Shown here one piece after another: positions 51,849 to 61,329 of a stretch of 64,000 nt of DNA. Position 1 is the first letter of the stretch, and each line of letters begins with the position of its first letter. This stretch comes from Squalus acanthias (lineage: Eukaryota), in the NCBI GenBank assembly GCA_030390025.1, contig CM059432.1, positions 26,290,001 through 26,354,000 on the forward strand. The letters run 5' to 3'. The notes under the pieces were generated by a model that was given only the letters and a program-made list of their open reading frames with translations, was not told the DNA's origin and ran no database searches. The position numbers and the translations under genes are program-made.

Positions 51849-52799
51849 TTAGTTTAAACCCCACCCAACAATACCAGCAAACCTCCCCGCAAGGATGTTG
51901 GTCCCGTTCCGGTTCAGGTGCAACCCATCCGACTTGTACAGGTCCCACCTTCCCCAGAAGCAGACCCAGTGATCCAGGAAACTAAAGCCCTCCCTCTTGC
52001 ACCAACTCTTTAGCCACGCATTCATCTGCTCTATCCTCCTATTCCTATACTCACTAGCACGTGGCACCAGGAGTAATCCAGAGATTACAACCTTTGAGGT
52101 CCTGCTTTGTAATCTGCTGCCTAGCTCCCTAAATTCTTGTTGCAGGACCTCATCCCTCTTTCTACCCATGTCGTTGGTACCAATGTGAACCACAACCTCT
52201 GATTGTTCACCCTCCCCCTTCAGAATGCCCTGCAGCTGTTCAGTGCCATCCTTGACCCTGGCACCAGCGAGGCAACATACCATCCTGGAGTCACGTACAC
52301 GGCCACAGAAACACCTATCTGTTCCCCTTACAATAGAATCCCCTATCACTATTGCTCTCCCACTCTTTTTCCTCCCCTCCTGTGCAGCCGAGCCACTCGT
52401 AGTGCCACGGACTTGGCTCTTGCTGCATTCCCCTGAGAAACCATCTCCCCCAGCAGTATCCAAAACGGAAAATCTGTTGGAGAGAGAGATGGACCCAGGG
52501 GACTCCTGCACTCCCATGCTAGTTCTTTTACTCTGTCTGGCGGTCACCCATTCCCTGTCTGCCTGTGCACTCTTTACCTGCGGTGTGACCACCTCGTTAA
52601 ACGTGCTATCCACGAAGATCTCAGCTTTGCGGATGCTCCACAGTGACTCCAGCCGCAGCTCCAGCTCTGAAATGTGGATTTCGAATAGCTGCAGCTGGAA
52701 ACACTTCCTGCACACGTGTTCACCCTGGACACCAAAAGTGTCCCTGACTTCCCACATAGCACAGGAGGAGCACTCCACGCTGCCGAGCTGCCCTGCCAT
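51849..52799 (-). CDS. CR1 ORF1: N-terminal Cys finger, coiled coil and SGNH/GDSL esterase domain (316 aa, open)
   Basis: CSSC...CRKC, IVIGDSIVRG, VHIGTND, DGLHLN. Confidence 0.92.
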   Translation of the reverse strand: MAGQLGSVECSSCAMWEVRDTFGVQGEHVCRKCFQLQLFEIHISELELRLESLWSIRKAEIFVDSTFNEVVTPQVKSAQADREWVTARQSKRTSMGVQESPGSISLSNRFSVLDTAGGDGFSGECSKSQVRGTTSGSAAQEGRKKSGRAIVIGDSIVRGTDRCFCGRVRDSRMVCCLAGARVKDGTEQLQGILKGEGEQSEVVVHIGTNDMGRKRDEVLQQEFRELGSRLQSRTSKVVISGLLLVPRASEYRNRRIEQMNAWLKSWCKREGFSFLDHWVCFWGRWDLYKSDGLHLNRNGTNILAGRFAGIVGWGLN

Positions 52800-53090
52800 G
52801 TCCTACCCTTAATTTACTCCCTTTACTTCCTTTAAATTAAAGAATATTAAATACACTAGGGACCTAACTTCCCTTTAAACACTACTTACTCTAAACTAGA
52901 GACCTTACTTTTACTTTAATGACTGGATTGTAGAAATACTCACCAGGTCCTACTTACCAATCAGCTCCTTCCCTGGTTGTGACGTCACTTTAGCGGTTTC
53001 GCAGTTGTTGTTGTTTGACTGCTCCCGCTCTCGGACTCTTTCCTTGGTGTAAAGTAAAAAACAATTCCTACAGGGTGAAAAGTTAGGAAA

Positions 53091-56000
53091 AACAAAGGCG
53101 AAGCAAGGAAGCTCCTCCTTCCACTCCTCACCTAACCTAACTCCTTGACTCACCCAACTTGCAGCACTCCGTTTAAACTGCACTCGCCAAGCCTGTTTTT
53201 ATAGGCCCTGAAACAAAGGAGCTTGCTGAGCCCTGCTACAGGAGAACCAGTTTAATCTAGTTTCCCTAATTAACTGCCTTCAGCTGCTCTGAATTGTAGG
53301 CCTTGTAAATCTTTTATTCAAGTACAATAGTACTTACACAGCTCATCAATTACATAGTAAACCATTACATTCATTGATCACAATAAACAATAAAGCCTTA
53401 AGAACAGCTTTACGATTAACAATATAAATGCATTAATAAAATTTTACAAATACATCAACAAAGTTTACAGTACAAATACCCTTAAATAATCTCACACAAA
53501 CTTTGTAGATTTAAAACAATAAATCTCAAGGTAAACTCCACATAAAAGAAAACAGTTTAACACCTCAGTGTACAAATCACACAGCACCATCATAATTCAA
53601 TTAAATGCTACAAATATACTACTACCCGTTTTACGCCAGTCCTACTACCATCATTTGTTCATTCAATCATTTATTCGATCGTTCATTCACTCGGTCGTTC
53701 ATTCATTCGAGCGTTCATTCGTTCGATCGAGCGTAAGTTCCAATGTGCGTGCGTGCGTATCGTTTGTCTACATGCGTGCACGCATGGGTTCGTTCGGACG
53801 CCAACGACCGTTCGTTCAATCGAGTGTAAGTTCCAATGTGCATGCTTGCATTCGCTCGTCCGTTCGTTCGTTTGTTCATTGCCCAGCCCGCAACTAAATG
53901 TCGTTCGTTTGATCGAGTGTAAGTTCCAATATGTATGCGTGCGTGCGTCCCATTTGTCTAAGTGCGTGCATGCGTGCATTCGCTCGTTCGTTCGTCCAAT
54001 CGCTAGCCAAACAATTGTTCGTCCGATCGAGCGTAAGTTCCGATGTGCATGCGTGCATTCGTTCGATCGTTTGTTCGTTCGTTCGCTCAAGTGTCCGTCC
54101 GTTAGTTCGTTCATTCAGGAAATTTTCCCCCCGAAAGCCAGCTGTCAAATACTAAAATTTCTTACCAATATTAAATTATTTTATATTTTTTTCCTCCTTT
54201 TAATTTCCCCCCTATTAACTTATTTTCTTTCTTTTTATAAGACATACCATTTACTAGACAATAATCTCAAAGTAAATTCTACATAAACACTAATTAACAA
54301 CACAATGTGCAAAACCCCATAGCCTTATCAGAAATAAATTAAAGCTTCAAGTAAACTGCTTTCAACCAGAAAACCTGAAACTTTTTCCACAAAACAAGTA
54401 AATACCAGTTCTACGCCAGTCCTATTGGCAATCTAATAACTCATCGTCACTTGATGTTTGTCAAACCATGTGATGTCATAGTCCTTGTCCACAGTCTTCA
54501 GCTTTTCCACGGAAAAGAAACCATCCACTTTCTCAATCCCGTAAAAAAGACCGAACACTCAGATTTTCTTCTACTTGCTGTTATCGCTCACAGGACCCAG
54601 CCATCAAAAAATACTCATTATTCCTTACCGATATTACTTTGCTTTGTCTTTTATCTTCCTTTTATTTTTCCTTTTTTTTCCACTTTTAACCGTTCACATT
54701 TCCCATCTTGTGACCGCCCACGCGCCATGCTACAGATGGAAACAGTTTGTCTTTCCTCCAACCAAAATGGCGGCGCACAAACCCGATCCCGTCACCGAGA
54801 AAAGCCTCACAGCTGCCGCCAGACGGAGCACATACGGGGCCGCTGGAACTCATCCGGACCCGAGACCATTCTTCAACTTTTAGAACCAGTGCAGCATGCT
54901 CACCCACAGCATCTCCCGACTCCACCTCTGCCGACCAGCCGCTCCACCCTAGGCCCCCCGCCTGGGGTTCTGCGTGCTGGGCCTCTCGCCTAGGCCACTC
55001 TCCTTCGGGTCTTCCACCCTGGACCTTCTGCACTGGGCCCTCCGCACTGGCATTGCCCGCGAGCAGCCGGGGTGTGGAATAGCCAGTTCGCACAGCACCG
55101 AGCTGAGCTGAGCTGAGAATCTCACAGCCTTCCCGCCCCAGGCCTTCTGTACCGGGCCCTCTGCACTAGCATTCCCCGCAAGTAGCCGGATATGCTCGCT
55201 CACCCGTTCACACAGCACCGAGCTGAGCTGAGAATCTCACAGCCTGTGTCTCTCTAACAAAGGTGAAGCAAGGGAGCTCCTCCTTCCTCTCCTCACTTGA
55301 CTCACCCAACTGTTTAAACTGCACTCAGTGCAAATCGCACTGCCAAGCCTGTTTTTATACGCCCTGAAACAAAGGAGCTTGCTGAGCCCCGCTACAGGAG
55401 AACCAGTTTAATCTAGTATCCCTAATTAACTGCCTTCAGCTGCTTTGAATTGTAGGCCTTGTAAATCTTTTATTCAAGTACACAACTGATCAATTACATA
55501 GTAAACCATAAACAATAAACAATAAAGCCTTAAGAACAGCTTTACGATTAACAATATAAATACATTAATAAAATTTTACAAATAAATCAACAAAGTTTAC
55601 AGTACAAATACCCTTAAATAATCTCACACAAACTTTGTAGATTTAAAACAATAAATCTCAAGCTAAACTCCACATAAAAGAAAGCAGTTTAACACCTCAG
55701 TGTACAAATCACATAGCACCATCATAATTCAATTAAATGCTACAAATATACTACTACCCGTTTTATGCCAGTCCTACTGGCATCGTTTGTTCATTCAATC
55801 ATTCGTTCGTTCACTCGAGCGTTCATTTGTTCGATTGAGCGTAAGTTCCAATGTGCGTGCGTGCGTATCGTTTGTCTAAGTGCGTGCATGCGTGCGTTCG
55901 CTCGTTCGTTCGTTCGATCGGACGCCAACGACCGTTCGTTCAATCGAGTGTAAGTTCCAATGTGCGTGCTTGCGTTCGCTCGTCCGTTCGTTCGCTCGTT

Positions 56001-57626
56001 CATTGCCCGGCCCGCAACTAAACGCCGTTCGTTCAATCGAGTGTAAGTTCCAATATGTATGTGTGCGTGCGTGCGTACCATTTGTCTAAGTGCGTGCATG
56101 CGTGCCTCCGCTCGTTCGTTCAATCGCCAGCCAAACGATTGTTCGTTCGATCGATCATAAGTTCCAGTGTTCGTTCGATCGTTCGTTCGTTCGTTCACTC
56201 AAGCGTCCATCCAATCAGTAGTTTGTTCATTAAGGAAATTTCCCCCCCCGAAAGCCAGCCATAAATTTCTTACCAATATAAATTCATAACATTTACTAGA
56301 CAATAATTTCACAGCAAATTCTACATAAACACTAATTAACAACACAATGTGCAAAATCCCATAATCTTATCAGAAATCAATTAAAGCTTCAAGTAGACTG
56401 CTTTCAACCAGAAAACCTGAAACTTTTTTCAACAAAACAAGTAAATACCAGTTCTACGCCAGTCCTATTAGCAATCTAATAACTCCTCGTTTTCACTTGA
56501 TGTTAGTCAAACCATGTGATGTCATAGTCCTTGTCCACAGTCTTCAGCTTTTCCACGGAAAAGAAACCATCCACTATCTCAATCCCGTAAAAAAGACCGA
56601 ACACTCAGATTTTCTTCTACTTGCTGTTATCGCTCACAGGACCCAGTCATCAAAAAATACTCATTATTCCTTACCGATATAACTTTGTTTTGTCTTTTAT
56701 CTTCCTTTTATTTTTCCTTTTTTTTCCACTTTTAACCGTTCACATTTCCCATCTTGTGACCGCCCACGTGCCATGCTACAGATGGAAACAGTTTGTCTTT
56801 CCTCCACCAAAATGGCGGCGCACAAACCCGATCCCGTCACCGAGAAAAGCCTCACAGCTGCCGTCAGACGGAGCACATACGGGGCCGCTGGGACTCATCC
56901 GGACCGAGACCATTCTTCAACTTTTAGAACCAGTGCAGCATGCTCACCCACAGCATCTCCCGACTCCACCTCTGCCGACCAGCCGCTCCACCCTAGGCCC
57001 CCCGGCTGGGGTTCTGCGTGCTGGGCCTCCCGCCTAGGCCACTCTCCTCCGGGTCTTCCACCCTGGACCTTCTGCACTGGGCCCTCCGCACTGGCATTCC
57101 CCGCGAGCAGCCGGGGTGTGGAACAGCCCATTCACACAGCACCAAGCTGAGCTGAGAATCTCACAGCCTTCCCACCCCGGGCCTTCTGTACCGGGCCCTC
57201 CACACTAGCATTCCCCGCAAGCAGCTGGGGTATGCTCGCTCACCCGTTCACACAGCACCGAGCTGAGCTGAGAATCTCACAGCCTTCCCGCCCCGGGCCT
57301 TCTGTACCGGGCCCTCCGCACTAGCATTCCCCGCAAGCAGCCGGGGTATGCTTGCTCACCCGTTCACACAGCACCGAGCTGAGCTGAGAATCTCGCAGCC
57401 TGTGTCTCTCCAACAAAGGCGAAGCAAGGGAGCTCCTCCTTCCAATCCTCACCTGACTCACCCAACTCGCAGCACTCTGTTTAAACTGCACTCAGTGCAA
57501 ATCGCACTGCCAAGCCTGTTTTTATAGGCCCTGAAACAAAGGAGCTTGCTGAGCCCTGCTACAGGAGAACCAGTTTAATCTAGTATCCCTAATTAACTGC
57601 CTTCAACTGCTCCGAATTCTAGGCCT
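53091..57626. repeat. Tandem array of two ~2.16-kb units plus a third copy of the ~210-bp boundary module
   Basis: Units are 53091-55255 and 55256-57411. The module AACAAAGG(C/T)GAAGC...TAGGCCT starts at 53091, 55256 and 57412. Confidence 0.92.
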
Positions 57627-57741
57627 GATATATCCCTTTATAATCCTGCTTAAAGCTGGGAAATTTAGATTTTAAACAGTAAACAGTAACAGTAAATGTA
57701 AACAAATAAAAGTTTGATTTTAGCAAACAGTTAAGACTCCC

Positions 57742-58027
57742 TGATGTTGATTGAGAGATAAATATTGGCCAGGACACCAGGGAGAACTCCCCTGCTCTTC
57801 TTCAAAATAGTGCCATGGGATCTTTTACGTCCACCTGAGAGAGAGCAGACGGGGCCTCGGTTTTAATGTCTCATCCGAAAGGCGGCACCTCCGACAGTGC
57901 AGCACTCCCTCAGTAGTGCACTGGAGTGTCAGCTTAGATTTTTGTGCTCAAGTCTCTGAAGTGGGACTTGAACCCACAACCTCCTGACTCGGAGGTGAGG
58001 GTGCTGCCAACTCAGCCACAGCTGACA
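57742..58027 (-). mobile_element. 5' half (tRNA head) of the split SacSINE1-like SINE
   Basis: Reverse complement shows A-box TGGCTGAGTTGG and B-box GGTTCAAGTCC; body up to GGCCAATATTTATCTCTCAATCAACATCA. Confidence 0.88.
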
Positions 58028-58326
58028 TTCAAAATTTAAGCTGCTTCTTTTGGGCACAAGGACATTAATAAGCACGTTTTTGAAGCTTTTGAATGTAATT
58101 TTTATTTTAATTTACTAAGAAACTGACTAATGTACACCAATGTAACTAGCAAATGATTCTGTATATTCTGTATATTTTTTAAAAGCCATTTTTAGTCATT
58201 TAAAATCAGGTTACTCAGGTGGTGGATTGACACTGTGGTTTAAAATGTTTATTTTTTGTGCTAACCCACTTTCAGCTGTATTACTCAAACTGCACCAAGT
58301 TGCAACTCATAAATACATCAAGGAAT

Positions 58327-59068
58327 GGCCCAAAAATTAGTGCCGCTACGCGAGAGTACGCACTGTGTACTCTCGCGTATTCTGTCTCCAATTGCCGGTT
58401 TTCTGCATGCACTGCGCATGCGCTGAAAACCGGCACTTGGTGATTTCAAAAGGGGGCAGTTCCTAGGTGAACCGCGTGCGCGCTACAGGCTGTGCGCACG
58501 CAGTGCACTTAGTGCTTTGAACGCGCAGGTAAGCATGGAACATTTTAGACATAAAGAAAGGAGGCGTAAGACCCTCTTTTAACAAGGTAAGTAGTTAATT
58601 AAGTATTATTTTGAATTTTTTTTAACAGGTATATCTTTTTTAGAGACTTTAAAGACAGGTAAATTTATTTTTATAACTTTTTAAAAGATTTAAATTTTTT
58701 CAAAAATTAAATTTTTTGTTTAAAATGGTTAATTTATTTAACTATACTTATTTTATTAATGTGATGGTTTTTAAAAAAAATTTAATTGAGGTTTAGCTGT
58801 TCTTTTGGGGGGTATAGTATTCATAGCTTTCACAGCCGTGCTGTGAAAGCGATGAATGAAAGATGGTGTGCTGCCATTGGCTCTAACTGAGTCACGTGAT
58901 CCCACAGCTCGCACGAATTAACTGCGCCTGTGGGATACGAAAGCCCTGCACAGCTGCTGTCCAGAACATCAAGTTCGTGCGAGCTGGGACTAAAAAAGCC
59001 AACGTGGAGTGAGAGATCGCGGGGAAGCCTTACCCTCGCACGAAGGCTCACTCACTAATTTTTGGGCC
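58327..59068. mobile_element. ~740-bp Harbinger-type MITE (copy C, inverted relative to copy A)
   Basis: Perfect 16-bp TIR GGCCCAAAAATTAGTG; TSD AAT on both sides. Confidence 0.92.
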
Positions 59069-59261
59069 AATATCTTTTAAATAATTTTTTTTTTTTAAAT
59101 TACGACTTAAAATGCTGCCTCATTGCTCTGGTTCATGGCAGATTTTTTTATTTGTCGATATGCAACTGCTTACGAGTGGAAACCCGAGGAAAAAGACACT
59201 TCTCAAAACGGGCGCAATTTGTGCCTGGATCGCCGACTGCGGCCAAAGCGGAAACTCTAAC

Positions 59262-60279
59262 CCTTTGTTCTGTGCTCCTATTACAGGCTGACAGTACACT
59301 TTGTTCTGTGCTCCTATTACAGGCTGACATTACACTTTGTTCTGTGCCCCTATTACAGGCTGACATTACACTTTGTTCTGTGCCCCTATTACAGGCTGAC
59401 ATTACACTTTGTTCTGTGCTCCTATTACAGGCTGACATTACACTTTGTTCTGTGTCCCTATTACAGGCTGACAGTACACTTTGTTCTGTGTCCCTATTAC
59501 AGGCTGACATTACACTTTGTTCTGTGCTCCTATTACAGGCTGACATTACACTTTGTTCTGTTCCCCTATTACAGGCTGACATTACACTTTGTTCTGTGCC
59601 CCTATTACAGGCTGACATTACACTTTGTTCTGTGTCCCTATTACAGACTGACATTACACTTTGTTCTGTGCTCCTGTTACAGGCTGACATTACACTTTGT
59701 TCTGTGCCCCTATTACAGGCTGACATTACACTTTGTTCTGTGCCCCTATTACAGGCTGACATTACACTTTGTTCTGTGCCCCTGTTACAGGCTGACAGTA
59801 CACTTTGTTCTGTGCTCCTGTTACAGGCTGACATTACACTTTGTTCTGTGCCCCTATTACAGGCTGACATTACACTTTGTTCTGTGCCCCTATTACAGGC
59901 TGACATTACACTTTGTTCTGTGCCCCTGTTACAGGCTGACATTACACTTTGTTCTGTGCTCCTGTTACAGGCTGACATTACACTTTGTTCTGTGCTCCTG
60001 TTACAGGCTGACATTACACTTTGTTCTGTGCCCCTATTACAGGCTGACAGTACACTTTGTTCTGTGCCCCTATTACAGGCTGACATTACACTTTGTTCTG
60101 TGTCCCTATTACAGGCTGACATTACACTTTGTTCTGTGTCCCTATTACAGGCTGACATTACACTTTGTTCTGTGTCCCTATTACAGGCTGACATTACACT
60201 TTGTTCTGTGCCCCTATTACAGGCTGACAAGACACTTTGTTCTGTTCTCCTATTATAGGCTGACAAGACACTTTGTTCC
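59262..60279. repeat. 36-bp minisatellite, ~28 copies
   Basis: Unit CTTTGTTCTGTGCCCCTATTACAGGCTGACATTACA with a few variant positions. Confidence 0.97.
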
Positions 60280-60612
60280 ATGACAGTTTCAGTGTTTAGA
60301 GGAAAACGTGAAGATGAAATGTCTCATCTTGCTGGCTGGCTGGTCATTAATCAGACTAAGTATCATTAGAACTGACACGGACAGGAGTGGGGAGGCCTAT
60401 TAGGTTGCATCCTTCAAGTAAAAGGCATTGGTGAAAAATGAAAGGGTAATTCACAGGGACATAGGATTATAAAATTGTTAGTTTGGAAATTGATCATTTG
60501 AACTAAAACTTTCTTTAAAAAAAAGGAAATTGACGATGAAAACAATGTTAAATGCGTAATGTTGTTTTAAATCTATAATGTTATATAATAAAACATTCAT
60601 TAAAAAATGTAA

Positions 60613-60811
60613 AGGTTAATTTTATGAATTTTCACTGCCAGCAAAGAGTTTTAACCATTGGGAGCATATATTGAGAATTCAGATGTGTCCCTCCCACAAT
60701 TTCTCATCCATTATTGATGGTAAATCATGGGGAGCATGCGCCTGAATTCCTGTTATGTGCTCCCTGTGGGTGAACCTCCACACTGAGGAAGGAGATTCAT
60801 GAAATTAACCC
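60613..60811. mobile_element. ~200-bp Harbinger-like MITE
   Basis: TIRs AGGTTAATTTTATGAAT and ATTCATGAAATTAACCC; flanks TAA/TAT. Confidence 0.65.
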
Positions 60812-61329
60812 TATAATGAAACATACATGAAAGTTTAAACCTCAAACAATAAAGTGTATTAATGTAAGACATTGCGACATTCAGATTGCAATGCATACCA
60901 TCAAACTAATTTAAAATGAGGCAGTTGTAGCCATAAAAGTGATATTCCTATATCTGACTTTCATTACGAGTTTTTTTTTATCAGTTTCCATAGACCATGG
61001 GAATAACTCATGATTTATTTATAGCTGATATCCAGTATGATATTGTACCTATTTTTTCCTGTATTAAATGAAATGTTAAGAATGCAGAATAGCTGTGGTA
61101 CTGTATTTCATCTTACAAAAATCAGTGCAGAAGCAAATGAAACAATCAAACACCAAACACTGAGACATCAAAACTTCAAACATCAAATAAGATGAATGAA
61201 ATCTGTTAGCATGTCATGCTTCTTTTTCGTGGGACTTCTCTCTCAGCATGAGCTTCCAGGCTGACAAAAACAGGAGCTCATGAGATGCAACACCATACCA
61301 CATTGCGGAAAGAGTCGCTAGGCTGTCAA

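Larger units (their letters stand above)
48843..57741 (-). mobile_element. Full-length CR1 LINE with a very long, tandemly repeated 5' region
   Basis: Tail at 48843, frameshifted ORF2, open ORF1, 5' region 52800-57741. The whole block lies between the two halves of one SINE. Confidence 0.8.

Noticed and set aside
54451..54993. 180-aa ORF in the tandem monomer
   Set aside because: The frame is broken in the second unit (stop at 56682) and I recognise no domain.
53680..56200. Phased TCGAGYGTAAGTTCC cores as a CRISPR array
   Set aside because: The intervening sequences are related microsatellite-like DNA, not unique spacers.
55095..57390. GAGCT runs as an immunoglobulin switch region
   Set aside because: Only 2-3 pentamers per repeat, and no immunoglobulin segments nearby.
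59262..60279. CRISPR-like array (36-bp repeats)
   Set aside because: Repeats are directly adjacent with no unique spacers, no cas genes, and the context is eukaryotic.
59062..60281. 398-aa and 377-aa repeat ORFs
   Set aside because: By-product of a stop-free 36-bp unit.
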